Below are positions 1 to 9,866 of a DNA stretch of 64,000 bases, one piece after another. The notes under the pieces are model-generated. The model did not search any database and was not told the origin of the DNA. It was given only the letters and a program-made list of their open reading frames with translations. Numbering within the stretch: the first letter of the stretch is position 1; each line of letters starts with the position of its first letter. Where the stretch lies: the NCBI GenBank assembly GCA_017503075.1, contig JAFVTU010000015.1:36071-100070 (forward strand), read 5' to 3'. The translations under genes were made by a program, and so were the position numbers. This DNA is from Paludibacteraceae bacterium (lineage in GTDB: Bacteria; Bacteroidota; Bacteroidia; Bacteroidales; Paludibacteraceae).

Positions 1-1452
1 GTAACCTGTTTCGGGATCGCAACTTAGTTCTACGCCTTGCAATTGTTTACTCACCAACATACCATATTGGTTGTAGCCTAAGAAATCGGGCTTAATAGCT
101 GCATACTTAGGCAAACGCATAAAAGTGGAAACAGTACGCATTTCGGTAACAACACTATCATCAGGAGCAGTAGAGAAGAGGAATATGCTATTTCCTACAG
201 CGCGAGGTACACCTTCGGTGGTGGGGTTGATAATTTGTCCACCCAGATTAAATTGTGCACTGCCGCCGCCATCGGCACCAGCAGCTTCCCATGCACCAAA
301 ATGACGGAGAATGGATGCCATCTCATGGGTGTACATTCCCGGTTTTTCCATAACCATCAGCCACAGCGTATTATGATCTTGGCTCACACCAAAACCCGTG
401 CGTGGATAGTTTTTATTGTTATAATCTTCGTTCCAATTGCGATTGGTCAATCTACCTTCGCGCATTACGTAGCAATTGCCGGCACTGAGCTGCATAATAT
501 TGGGACGTTCGAACGAATGCGATTCATACATGCCAATGATAAATTGTACTCGGTCACCAATCTTGGCTGTCTCCAAGAATGTCTTGCCCGTACCGCGACC
601 ACGGAAAACTGCGTATCCATCTTCTACCTTGGTGCCGCCATTGGTGTTGATACTCACAACCTGGCCAAACATGTGCTGGTTGATTGCCCAATCTTGCTCC
701 AACTTCACCACAACCTCAATCAATGGTAGGTCAGTTCCGAGGCGAGCGTCTATTTGTGCCTTAGTGAGAGTTGACTTAGTACCCATGTCCGAATTGAACA
801 TCACTAAGTCATTATCGCTAGGGTTACTACGGTTGCGGTTGACCTCATTGATAGGCATTGTTTGGTCGCCGATTTTCAAATGGGCATCCCAAGAGAATTG
901 GTCAATATGAGCGCGCTTTTGGTCATCAATCATTAGGTAACCAATATCTTGTGAACGACCGAATACCGGATCTGGGTTGCCGTGACCAATATTCCAGTTA
1001 GTGATGTTGGTACCAATCTTACCATTGCGTACTTGACCTGTGCAAGGTACCCCTGTCAAACCGTTGTATTGGCCTTCATCTTGGGAAGATACTATCCAGA
1101 AATTACAGTTAACCGAACCGATAGAGCGATGTCCTGGTGTATTTAGACGCACATGGGCATCAGCCATGCGTTCGGTGTAACCCATTGTAGTATGATGACT
1201 TTCTTCTACAGTGTTGTATGGATTAGTTAAATCCACTTCATAGATATAGCAATGACGTAATAGTCCTTTGTTGGATGTAATGTCAAATCGAGTATAGATA
1301 ATACCAGGCCCTACTTGATAACTCTCCAACGTGTCAATACCATATTGGAGAATAACCGTACTATCCAAATTCGTTTGGATGTTAATTGTGCCGTGCTGAG
1401 CCATAGTGGCTAAGCTCATCAGCAATGTTGGAATGAGTAAAAAACGTTTCAT
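1..1452 (-). CDS. Phosphodiester glycosidase family (DUF2233/NAGPA-like) secreted protein; C-terminus lies beyond the window edge
   Basis: My own minus-strand translation from the ATG (1452-1450) stays open in frame to base 1. It reads MKRFLLIPTLLMSLATMAQ (signal peptide) ... GFGVSQDHNTLWLMVMEKPG ... AAGADGGGSAQF. It is missing from the ORF track only because no stop lies in the window. The + ORFs 235-729 and 476-910 are antisense shadows. Confidence 0.6.
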   Translation of the reverse strand, partial: MKRFLLIPTLLMSLATMAQHGTINIQTNLDSTVILQYGIDTLESYQVGPGIIYTRFDITSNKGLLRHCYIYEVDLTNPYNTVEESHHTTMGYTERMADAHVRLNTPGHRSIGSVNCNFWIVSSQDEGQYNGLTGVPCTGQVRNGKIGTNITNWNIGHGNPDPVFGRSQDIGYLMIDDQKRAHIDQFSWDAHLKIGDQTMPINEVNRNRSNPSDNDLVMFNSDMGTKSTLTKAQIDARLGTDLPLIEVVVKLEQDWAINQHMFGQVVSINTNGGTKVEDGYAVFRGRGTGKTFLETAKIGDRVQFIIGMYESHSFERPNIMQLSAGNCYVMREGRLTNRNWNEDYNNKNYPRTGFGVSQDHNTLWLMVMEKPGMYTHEMASILRHFGAWEAAGADGGGSAQFNLGGQIINPTTEGVPRAVGNSIFLFSTAPDDSVVTEMRTVSTFMRLPKYAAIKPDFLGYNQYGMLVSKQLQGVELSCDPETGY

Positions 1453-1489
1453 ATAATATTAGATTTTAGTTCTTACACTTAACTGCCTA

Positions 1490-1521
1490 CAAAGGTACTA
1501 CTTTTTTTTGAGTTGAACAAA
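1490..1521 (-). promoter_or_regulatory. Bacteroidota-type promoter (-7 TACCTTTG, -33 TTTG) for the glycosidase gene
   Basis: The + strand shows caaaggta at 1490-1497, then an A/T run and caaa at 1518-1521. The reverse complement gives TTTG-N20-TACCTTTG, about 40 nt upstream of the ATG. Confidence 0.55.
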
Positions 1522-1530
1522 TTTTTTTGT

Positions 1531-1566
1531 ATAAAAAATGCACTGCCCATCAAATGAGCAGTGCAT
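1531..1566 (-). terminator. Rho-independent terminator after the ppiD-like gene
   Basis: The stem is atgcactgc (1538-1546) / gcagtgcat (1558-1566). An A-run on the + strand at 1533-1537 gives a U-run after the hairpin on the minus transcript. Confidence 0.5.
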
Positions 1567-1587
1567 GATATTGCCAATCATATCTTC

Positions 1588-3588
1588 TTATTGGAAACGT
1601 GCGCGGTTGTCAATTACTTTAGCATCTTCTTGTATGAGACTGATTGCTTGGTAAGGAATCATGTAAGAAGTACGCATATTCAAGTTGCTGATTTCTTGAG
1701 CTGCATTAACTTCGCCTTCAGCAGCAGTCTTGCCATCAACGGTAAGTAAATATACTCCATTATTACCTTTTATGGGGGCAGAAACCTTATTTGTTTCTAA
1801 TGCTAAAGCAGTACCAATGACTGCAGGTTCTACTCCAGCAGCTCCAAGTCGATAGGAGGTTAATGAGATTCCTTCTGCAGATTTCACATCGGTATCAAAT
1901 AATTTTGCAGCATCTTCTAGAGAGTTGACGCCCTGAAGTTGTTTGATAATATACTCTGCTTTCTTATCATTGGTGGCAGTGATTATAAGTTCTGCACGGA
2001 CAGCCTCTAGTGAGCGATATTCGCTATCATTCACTTCTGTTAACGCTGCTACTACGAACTGATCACCACAAGTGAAAACATCACTAACTTGCCCTTGCTT
2101 TGCGCCAAATGCCCAGCGAACAATTTCGCGGCTGCTTTTCAAATCATTGATTTTGTCGGTGTTTTCGTTGAGTGCATATGCAGGATTAATGCTAAGTCCC
2201 TGTGCAAAAGCCGCTTGGTGGAGCGAGTCTGCATTGTTGTTGGCTACGACAAACTGTTTAGCTTGGTTGTAGATTGCGGCATATGTCTTGCTGCTAGCAG
2301 ATACTTTGCGTGAAAGGATTGCTAATTTTACTTTTGGAGTAGGTTTGCTCTTATCTAAGATCTTGAAAGTTTGTTCGTTCATACCGTTTGCAACGGTGAA
2401 TGTTTCGCCTTTCTTACCATCAAATGCAAGTTCCACCATATTAGTTGGAAGTACTGCAGCGGTAAACCATCCCAAATCTTGTATTTCTTCGTTGACAACT
2501 GCAGCCAATTTAACTGAATCTGACTTCTTGTAACCGCAATCCATCACGCGTGCAATAGAATAGGTGTCGTTATCAAAAGTTAACTCTGTACATTTTCCTT
2601 TTTTTACACCTTTCCCAAATGCGAACTCTTGATACTCAGCAGGAATTGTCTCCTTGGAATAATCGCGACCATCGTACAAGATATCAGAATTACCATTAAC
2701 GATAGCTGCTACATCTTCTTTGGTGCGGAAATCATTTTCAAGACTTTTAATGAGGCGTTCTGTTTCTGCGAAATCGTCAGCCGAAGGTACGATTGGGAAA
2801 ATAACGTACTCAATAGAGCGGTTAGGGGTTTGTTTGTATTGCTCTTTCTTTTGGCTGTAGAGATTCTTGAGATCGCTTTCCGTTACCTTAATAAGTGAGT
2901 CAGCTACAGCATAGTATGGTTGCTGAACATATTGAACATTGACAGTTTCTTGGCGTGCTTGGAATGCATATTTTGCATCAATATTATTGGCTGTAACCAT
3001 TTTGCTCAAAAGGTCAACATACTTTTCTTGCAAATATTGCAAGCGTACTGTGTTCTCCCAAAAGTTCCAGTAATTTTTGTATTGATTGATTACTTCGGCT
3101 TGCTCTGCATTTTCAGGTTCTTGTTCCAAAGATGCAAGGAAATTTACAAATGCAGTTCGATTAAAATTGCCGGTTTCATCATAGAAAGCGCGGCGTTGCA
3201 TAATGATTTGATGAGGGTTTGCACCGATGCACAACTCACTTAACTCCTCAGCAGTTACATCCATGCCGATCTTTTCAACTTGCTCACGTAGAGTATAGTC
3301 CATCAACATAGTTTGCCAAACTTGGTTGCGAATTTGCAGAGTCAAATCTTCATTAATGTCAGAAGTACCATACTCAAATTTGTAGACATCAGTTAACTGT
3401 TCTTTTGCAGCTTCATACTCGGTGTAATGAACATTGTGGCCAGCAATTTCTGCCACATTTTCTCGGTTTTTGTTGAAGAAACTGCTACTCCCATTGAGGA
3501 AGTCGCCTAAAATGAAAGCCAACATGGCGAGACCTACTACCACCAGCAAGATAGTGCCATGATTTCTAATTGATTGTAATGTTGCCAT
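1588..3588 (-). CDS. ppiD: PpiD-like periplasmic chaperone / peptidyl-prolyl isomerase (SurA N-terminal-like plus parvulin-like region)
   Basis: 666-aa ORF. The N-terminus MATLQSIRNHGTILLVVVGLAMLAFILGDF has the single TM anchor typical of PpiD. Length and architecture are consistent. Confidence 0.75.
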   Translation of the reverse strand: MATLQSIRNHGTILLVVVGLAMLAFILGDFLNGSSSFFNKNRENVAEIAGHNVHYTEYEAAKEQLTDVYKFEYGTSDINEDLTLQIRNQVWQTMLMDYTLREQVEKIGMDVTAEELSELCIGANPHQIIMQRRAFYDETGNFNRTAFVNFLASLEQEPENAEQAEVINQYKNYWNFWENTVRLQYLQEKYVDLLSKMVTANNIDAKYAFQARQETVNVQYVQQPYYAVADSLIKVTESDLKNLYSQKKEQYKQTPNRSIEYVIFPIVPSADDFAETERLIKSLENDFRTKEDVAAIVNGNSDILYDGRDYSKETIPAEYQEFAFGKGVKKGKCTELTFDNDTYSIARVMDCGYKKSDSVKLAAVVNEEIQDLGWFTAAVLPTNMVELAFDGKKGETFTVANGMNEQTFKILDKSKPTPKVKLAILSRKVSASSKTYAAIYNQAKQFVVANNNADSLHQAAFAQGLSINPAYALNENTDKINDLKSSREIVRWAFGAKQGQVSDVFTCGDQFVVAALTEVNDSEYRSLEAVRAELIITATNDKKAEYIIKQLQGVNSLEDAAKLFDTDVKSAEGISLTSYRLGAAGVEPAVIGTALALETNKVSAPIKGNNGVYLLTVDGKTAAEGEVNAAQEISNLNMRTSYMIPYQAISLIQEDAKVIDNRARFQ

Positions 3589-3657
3589 AATATTATTTTG
3601 TTTATTTTATTTCGATATGTTTTTGCGTTGCGAACTATGAGAAACACAAAAATCGCG

Positions 3658-3690
3658 CAAAGGTACAATTTTTTTTTGAGATAAACAAAT
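3658..3690 (-). promoter_or_regulatory. Promoter of the ppiD-like gene (-7 TACCTTTG, -33 TTTG)
   Basis: caaaggta at 3658-3665, a T-run, and caaa at 3686-3689 on the + strand. The ORF 3537-3731 is a read-through artefact of this region. Confidence 0.55.
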
Positions 3691-3755
3691 CTTTTTTTGT
3701 TTTTAGGCAAAAAATTAGTTAGTTCCGTCAAAAGTGGGTTAAGGTAGGTTAGAGT

Positions 3756-4613
3756 TTAGTCTGATAAAAATAGATTTTCAATCATGATTTGGTTCGTTAT
3801 GCAAGGAGACCAATTACAATCTGTTGATATCAATGAAATATCCACTCCAGCCGTATTGATTGAGTCGTTCTCTTGTATAATTATGTTGGCATGTGCGTTA
3901 TATTTTTCTCCAATTGTGTTTACTAGTTCAGCAAATTCAATTAATGATGTTTGATTTCCTGTTCCTAGATTGTAAATAGGTTTCCGTAGCTGCTCCGATA
4001 GCATTGCTAATCTAGCAAGAGCTTCGGCCGCATCCTCTGCATCAAGAATTGAAGCGTATTGATTAGGAGAGTTTATAATTATAGTTTCATGATTTTTTGC
4101 TTTTTGTACAAAATGATATAAAAAGCGTTGTTTCATATTAATGCTTGCTAACCTTACATTTGTTACATATTTTAGTCCCGATGTTTCAAAGGTCTTCTCC
4201 ACTGCATATTTAGCCATGCTATATAGGTCAATAGGTTCAATCGGAGAACTTTCAGTAGATAATTGACCTATTGGTAAGCGTTTATATACTCCCTGTGAGG
4301 ATATATTAATGATACTGTCAATATTGCCAATTTTAAAGCCATTTATTAGTTTTTTGGTAAAATCTATGGCATTTGCAAGATCTTGTGCTTGATTACTTCT
4401 TGCAAAAGCACAATTTATGACAGTTGATATATGAGGTATATTTCCTGCAAATATATCATCGTTGATAATAACTTCAACCCCTTCTAAAGGTTTATAAGTT
4501 AATTTTTCTTCAGGAAGTATGGATACTATAATGTGGCAGTGCATTTTAAGTAAATGCTTCACGATATGACTGCCTAAGAGTCCTGATGCTCCTGTGACTA
4601 AGATATTTTTCAT
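3756..4613 (-). CDS. NAD-dependent epimerase/dehydratase (SDR) family protein, last gene of the polysaccharide locus
   Basis: N-terminal Rossmann motif ILVTGASGLLGSHI. 285 aa. Confidence 0.7.
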   Translation of the reverse strand: MKNILVTGASGLLGSHIVKHLLKMHCHIIVSILPEEKLTYKPLEGVEVIINDDIFAGNIPHISTVINCAFARSNQAQDLANAIDFTKKLINGFKIGNIDSIINISSQGVYKRLPIGQLSTESSPIEPIDLYSMAKYAVEKTFETSGLKYVTNVRLASINMKQRFLYHFVQKAKNHETIIINSPNQYASILDAEDAAEALARLAMLSEQLRKPIYNLGTGNQTSLIEFAELVNTIGEKYNAHANIIIQENDSINTAGVDISLISTDCNWSPCITNQIMIENLFLSD

Positions 4614-4624
4614 AAACTTATGTT

Positions 4625-5911
4625 TTATAATACCATACCTTCAATATCCTCTTGTTGAATACCAGGTAATAGTAGTTGACGATTATCTGTAGATGTTATT
4701 TGTATAGTTTCTCCGATATGCTGCATCGTAGAGCACAATTCTTCTTGATTCTTAACTGTTCCCAATACTCGTACTGTAATTTGTGTGAGCAAACCTTTCA
4801 TCTCCTCTGTGATGGTTTCGCCAGGGAAATGTGTGAGTATTGAATCGATTACTCCATCTTCCTGCATCAATGTATCGCATCCATTTATTTCTGCGATTGT
4901 TCCTGGAGCACACAAACATGACACATTGTAACATGGGCTCATAGTCGCAGGATTCACTTTTTTGCTGATGTCCTCATCTGTCATTTTGCCTGTTAACGCA
5001 AAGTTGATAAGCATCTTCAGTGGATTGTAGCCAGATACCACTTCCAATATCTTATATTCCATAGAGCCAGTCAAACGATAACCAATATCATAGACATAGC
5101 ATGTGCCATCTTCTACTTTACATTGCATAAACATCATGCCGTTTTTTATTCCTAAGGCTGCAAACATCTTTTTTGCTTGCTCTTCAACTTCTTGCTTGTA
5201 CTTCGGAATGACAATAGAAGGGAATGTGTATCCAACAGGCAATGGTATTACATTCTCACCTTGGTTTTGTTTTACATGTCGATTTCCAATGGCAGACAAA
5301 TAATAATTTCCATCAACAAAAGTCCAGAATATGGTCACTTCGCGCCCTGTCATATACCGCTCAATAATTACCTCTCCTAGTTTGGAGGATTTTTTTGAAG
5401 CGGCCATAGCGTCTTGCAACTCTTTCTGATTGTGACATACATGTAGCCCTCGTGATCCACTACCATCTACAGGCTTAATGATTATGGGAAATTGAATATC
5501 GGTATCAGACGCATTGTATTGTTGGATGGTAGGAACATTAAACTTTTTACACCATTCTTTGTATAAGGCTTTGTTGGTTAATATTTCAAACTGTTCTTTG
5601 GTTCCGTAAGAAGGGAAATTGTTAATTTCACAAAGGTGCTGATATGCCAATAAATAAGAATCTGTAAAACCAGTGAGAATACCATCGACCTGATGCTCTT
5701 TGATTTGCTTAGTTAGCGAGTCATAATCTTCGATACTAGTATTCCAATATTCATCTGCCACTAATTTTGCGGGTGACCGCTTGGTATCATACCAGTCTGT
5801 AACAATAGTATAAATACCCATACTTTGAGCAGTTTTTACAATATCTACAGAAAAACTGTCACCTCCGATAATCAATAATTTTTTATTTTTTAAAGCCGAT
5901 ATCATATCCAT
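4625..5911 (-). CDS. ATP-grasp domain protein (carboxylate-amine ligase type)
   Basis: 428 aa. It has a pre-ATP-grasp Rossmann-like N-terminus (KLLIIGGDSFSVDIVK) and a central IIIKPVDGSGSRGLHVC ... E..I..Y pattern typical of the ATP-grasp fold. Confidence 0.65.
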   Translation of the reverse strand: MDMISALKNKKLLIIGGDSFSVDIVKTAQSMGIYTIVTDWYDTKRSPAKLVADEYWNTSIEDYDSLTKQIKEHQVDGILTGFTDSYLLAYQHLCEINNFPSYGTKEQFEILTNKALYKEWCKKFNVPTIQQYNASDTDIQFPIIIKPVDGSGSRGLHVCHNQKELQDAMAASKKSSKLGEVIIERYMTGREVTIFWTFVDGNYYLSAIGNRHVKQNQGENVIPLPVGYTFPSIVIPKYKQEVEEQAKKMFAALGIKNGMMFMQCKVEDGTCYVYDIGYRLTGSMEYKILEVVSGYNPLKMLINFALTGKMTDEDISKKVNPATMSPCYNVSCLCAPGTIAEINGCDTLMQEDGVIDSILTHFPGETITEEMKGLLTQITVRVLGTVKNQEELCSTMQHIGETIQITSTDNRQLLLPGIQQEDIEGMVL

Positions 5912-5919
5912 TTGTTGTA

Positions 5920-6963
5920 TTATTTAGCACGATATAGTGGAAAGTATTTGCCTTCAAGATCAAAGTTTGGATCTTCTGCTAATCGCTCTTCTACTAATTG
6001 ATTGTATAATGCTTGATTAAAAATTTGTTTTCCAATTGAAAATTGCAATCCACTTTTTCTATTAAAAGCAGCTTTGAATTTGTATAGATTGTCATTCCCA
6101 GATCCGAGTCCTCCACCTAGATGGAATGTCTTGTAACCTTCTTGATGTCCCCACAATGCAACTTCGTACAGCAATAGATTTGTTGGTGCAAAACTGCGGT
6201 ATTCGCTCAAGGAACCCGATAGGTGGTAGTGTATTTGTTTGTTGGCGTATAGAATGATACTAACTGCTATAATCTGGTCGTCTAATGTAGCGTAAAATAC
6301 TTGATAATTGCCTTTAAGGTAATCGTGTATAGCTTTGTAAAATTCTTCCTGAAAGTAATAGTATTCCTCCGCATTGTCACGCTGCATCGTTTGATTGTAT
6401 ATCGAAATAAAATGCTCGAATATAGAATAGTCCTCTGTGTGATGAATTTGAATATTATTTTTTTGCGCTTTGCGTATAATATTTCTGTTTTTGCTTGTGA
6501 TATTCTCCCAGATTACCTCAGGTGAGGATAAGTCTAAAGCAATCGTATTTCCCAAATCGATAACGTGCGAAATGGCCTTCATATGTACGGCATTCTCTAA
6601 TACAGGATGATATCTTACGAAGTTGTCAATAATATTTTCATCGTTCATCTTTTGTACATATTCTTTCCAAAAGTCAGATAGTGATAGATCTGATTTATCT
6701 CCCTCAAATAATACTCCACCATATCCATATGGAGTTACACTATCGTATACATTTATTATAGTAGTATGGCGCTTCATATATACATATATCGCGCGTAGTT
6801 GATCGCTCGTGTAGTATAATAATTGTGGTTCGCCGTCACCGTGTGCGTAGAATGCCCGCACATATCCACTCAGATAATATACATCATAATCGGCAAAAGA
6901 ACGTACAATATCGTCCCACTCTTGATGCGCTGTTAAGTTATATATTTCAATCATAGAACTCAA
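5920..6963 (-). CDS. FemAB-like / GNAT-fold aminoacyl (peptidyl) transferase family protein
   Basis: 347 aa. The duplicated acyl-CoA N-acyltransferase-like layout and the C-terminal LYKFKAAFN motif are as in FemAB-family proteins of polysaccharide loci. Confidence 0.5.
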   Translation of the reverse strand: MSSMIEIYNLTAHQEWDDIVRSFADYDVYYLSGYVRAFYAHGDGEPQLLYYTSDQLRAIYVYMKRHTTIINVYDSVTPYGYGGVLFEGDKSDLSLSDFWKEYVQKMNDENIIDNFVRYHPVLENAVHMKAISHVIDLGNTIALDLSSPEVIWENITSKNRNIIRKAQKNNIQIHHTEDYSIFEHFISIYNQTMQRDNAEEYYYFQEEFYKAIHDYLKGNYQVFYATLDDQIIAVSIILYANKQIHYHLSGSLSEYRSFAPTNLLLYEVALWGHQEGYKTFHLGGGLGSGNDNLYKFKAAFNRKSGLQFSIGKQIFNQALYNQLVEERLAEDPNFDLEGKYFPLYRAK

Positions 6964-7972
6964 TTATTTGTTTGCAAATATATTCAATGTCGTCTAAATT
7001 ATATCTTGCATCACAGTGCACACTCAGCATCGTGTTAGAATATGTCTTGGCTTCGTCAAATGGAGAATCTTCTGGCAAAGCCCAAAGAATAGCAGGATAT
7101 ATACAGCGTTTTATCAAATGCTTTCTCAATTTTTCTCTTTCGTCATTCGACTTGCATTTTAAAATGATAGAAAAAGGATATTCTAGATTTTCGACATGTT
7201 GTATTGCATGTGAAACCAGTAAGCGGTGTGCTGTTTCCCAATTTTCTTTTTTTGTATTCATCCATGTTTCGAGGTTCAGATGTGCAATAATGTCGATAGT
7301 TCTTTTATCTAATCCCGATACTTGCAGCGTCTCAATTTGTTGCTCGGTTTCGATATAGATATTACGAAATACATCTTTCTGATGAAATAGATGGTTTAAA
7401 TAAGCAGTCTTTAAAGACATTGCCTCATAGCGTTTGTCTGCCAATTCTACGACCTCGTTTGTTACCTCTACAGTTTGGGGTAAAGTATGTTGCTTGGGCG
7501 ACCATAGCATTCCTCCTATAGCTATTGGTAAAGATTTTCTCAAGGAAGCAACACACCAATCAGCAGTGCTGTTTTTTGCCCATCCGCTATTTAATCCCAA
7601 TGTGTGGTCTTCGATAATAGGAATGTCAATATCCAATGTTTCAGCACTTAAATCAACTCCAAAATAGTTAACTCGCAACAAAACATCTCCTTCTCGAATA
7701 GGAAGTGATTCTATTATCTCTTTCGAGTTAGTGTTGTTTGGAAAATCGTTATACAATTCTATAGCAATATTTAGTTGTTCAATATGTGAAATCACTTCGT
7801 AGCAAAAGTATGCAGGTATCCAAATGCGCTTCCAATCTTGCTGTCCGATCAGAGCAGAAAATGCATGACGACCACATGCATATAAACGCACATTTGGAAA
7901 TACATCAAACAATGTGTTTCCTCCTGTGTGCTTTTCACCACACAAATGATAATCACTACCAAATTCAATCAT
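6947..7972 (-). CDS. Divergent DegT/DnrJ/EryC1-like (PLP aminotransferase fold) protein
   Basis: 341 aa. The segment CVASLRKSLPIAIGGMLWS resembles the S-x-x-x-K PLP-lysine segment of DegT enzymes. It overlaps both neighbouring genes, consistent with coupled translation. Confidence 0.4.
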   Translation of the reverse strand: MIEFGSDYHLCGEKHTGGNTLFDVFPNVRLYACGRHAFSALIGQQDWKRIWIPAYFCYEVISHIEQLNIAIELYNDFPNNTNSKEIIESLPIREGDVLLRVNYFGVDLSAETLDIDIPIIEDHTLGLNSGWAKNSTADWCVASLRKSLPIAIGGMLWSPKQHTLPQTVEVTNEVVELADKRYEAMSLKTAYLNHLFHQKDVFRNIYIETEQQIETLQVSGLDKRTIDIIAHLNLETWMNTKKENWETAHRLLVSHAIQHVENLEYPFSIILKCKSNDEREKLRKHLIKRCIYPAILWALPEDSPFDEAKTYSNTMLSVHCDARYNLDDIEYICKQIIEFYD

Positions 7973-8618
7973 TTCTTTTGCGCCCTTCTAATAATTGCAA
8001 ATAACGTTGGTGGAATCCTAAATCATCCACTTCTTCCATATTTCCAGTCCCTTCTCCTATATCTTTTCTTTTAATTATATTTAAAATAGTCAATTTACAA
8101 ATCTTTAAATCAGTTGATAAGGTACAATGATCTACATACCAAACATCCAACTCAAATTTTCTACTTAATTTGCAGTGATTGCGACCATTGACTTGAGCCC
8201 ATCCTGTTATTCCAGGACGTACTTCATGACGTCTTGCTTGTTCAGGTGTATACCAGGGTAAATAGTGCATTAACAAGGGACGAGGACCAATGAGTGACAT
8301 GTCTCCTTTTAACACATTGATAAATTGTGGCAGTTCATCAATGCTCAACGAGCGTACTAATTTACCTATTTTAGTAATGCGTTGTATGTCAGGCAACAGT
8401 TCTCCGTCGACTCCTCGTTCATCTGTCATGGTCTTAAACTTTATGACTTTGAATGGTTTGCCATCTTTTCCTGGACGTTCTTGCAAGAAAAATGCTCCAG
8501 CACCTTTGTTTGCGAAATGCAGCATGATTGCTACAAGCAGAATGAACCATCCAATTATAACTAATGCTAAAAATGCAATTATAAAATCAATACAGCGTTT
8601 GAAATACTTTTTATACAT
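7965..8618 (-). CDS. Initiating undecaprenyl-phosphate sugar phosphotransferase (bacterial sugar transferase, PglC/WcfS-like)
   Basis: 217 aa. One N-terminal TM helix, then LQERPGKDGKPFKVIKFKTM and DELPQFINVLKGDMSLIGPRP signature motifs. Confidence 0.85.
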   Translation of the reverse strand: MYKKYFKRCIDFIIAFLALVIIGWFILLVAIMLHFANKGAGAFFLQERPGKDGKPFKVIKFKTMTDERGVDGELLPDIQRITKIGKLVRSLSIDELPQFINVLKGDMSLIGPRPLLMHYLPWYTPEQARRHEVRPGITGWAQVNGRNHCKLSRKFELDVWYVDHCTLSTDLKICKLTILNIIKRKDIGEGTGNMEEVDDLGFHQRYLQLLEGRKRND

Positions 8619-8697
8619 ATCCAGTCTGTTAAAATGATATTATCCCAATAACATACAAAAACACGCAGAGTCACAATTTCTTCTTGATATATGCAAA

Positions 8698-9861
8698 TTA
8701 TTGTTGCTCTTTATGTGTTTTTATTGTTTCTTCAAAAATTGTGGTTAGTCGTTTGGCAATTACTTCAGGGGCAAAACGTGCTTGGCAATCCTTTGCGATG
8801 TTTTCTCGATTGTAATCTTTGAGATTATTGCTCATGTGTAAAATAGCTTCTTTCAAAGCATCTATATCCTTGTTTGGAATTAGTATTCCATTTTCTTTCA
8901 TAATAATATCGCTTGGACCGCCACAATTGGTCGCTATGATAGGCAACCCACAGGCAAGAGCTTCAATATATACTACTCCAAAAGTTTCCATCTGAGAGGG
9001 TAGCGCAAAAAGATCACTATGTTGAAATAATCTTACAATTTCTGCTTTTGTCTGTTGTCCCAATAGTTGAATGTGTTCCTGAAGATGTAGTGTGTTAATT
9101 TGTTCTTGCAATGCAGTCTTCATACATCCGCCTCCAATAATCAATAATTTCCATTCGTTGGGTAGCGATGCCTGTATTTGGTGTACTGCGTCAATAAGTA
9201 AATCAAAACGTTTGCTGGGCACTAATCGACCTGCAGATACTATAGTCAGTGGATGTTTCGTATTGTTAGATTGGTATGTAAATTCTTTCCCTAGCAAATT
9301 GGGAACGACTTTAATCTCGTTATGAATAAGATGCTTTTGTATTATATTATCTTTAAGAGATTGAGATACAGCAATTAGCTGGTCCAAATGATTATATGTT
9401 TGCTTAGCTGTATGAATGATTTTTGTTGAAATTTGATCTTTTGCTAATTCGCTCCAATGTTCAATAGCGACTAAAGGTATATTGTATTTTTTTCGTAATG
9501 ATATGGCTCTTTGAGTGACAGGCAAATAGTGAGAGTACAAAATATCGGGTTCCCCTTGTTGTCGGACTGCACGTTTATAGATATAATCTAATTGCCAATT
9601 ATAGAATAATCTTTTTATTTGTTTTGGCAAAAAAAATAGTAATGCGTATGGACATAAGAATATATTATAAATAGATACCATACGTTCTGTTTTATGTTGT
9701 ATACCCAGAGGACGCCAATAAAAACGAAAACGTGCATCAACACTTAATATTGTAATTTTATGACCAAGATTAGCTAGTGCCTCTGCTTGGTCATTTTCAA
9801 AACAACCCCAATGTGGATCTTTTTTTGATGGATAACCTCTTGCGATAATAAAAATATTCAT
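8698..9861 (-). CDS. Glycosyltransferase family 4 (GT-B)
   Basis: 387 aa. The C-terminal half has the E-x7-E-like region SQMETFGVVYIEALACGLPIIATNCGG. Confidence 0.8.
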   Translation of the reverse strand: MNIFIIARGYPSKKDPHWGCFENDQAEALANLGHKITILSVDARFRFYWRPLGIQHKTERMVSIYNIFLCPYALLFFLPKQIKRLFYNWQLDYIYKRAVRQQGEPDILYSHYLPVTQRAISLRKKYNIPLVAIEHWSELAKDQISTKIIHTAKQTYNHLDQLIAVSQSLKDNIIQKHLIHNEIKVVPNLLGKEFTYQSNNTKHPLTIVSAGRLVPSKRFDLLIDAVHQIQASLPNEWKLLIIGGGCMKTALQEQINTLHLQEHIQLLGQQTKAEIVRLFQHSDLFALPSQMETFGVVYIEALACGLPIIATNCGGPSDIIMKENGILIPNKDIDALKEAILHMSNNLKDYNRENIAKDCQARFAPEVIAKRLTTIFEETIKTHKEQQ

Positions 9862-9866
9862 GGTAA

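Noticed and set aside
235-910. + strand ORFs 235-729 and 476-910.
   Set aside because: They are antisense to the open minus-strand frame encoding the phosphodiester glycosidase-like protein, which has a signal peptide and family motifs.
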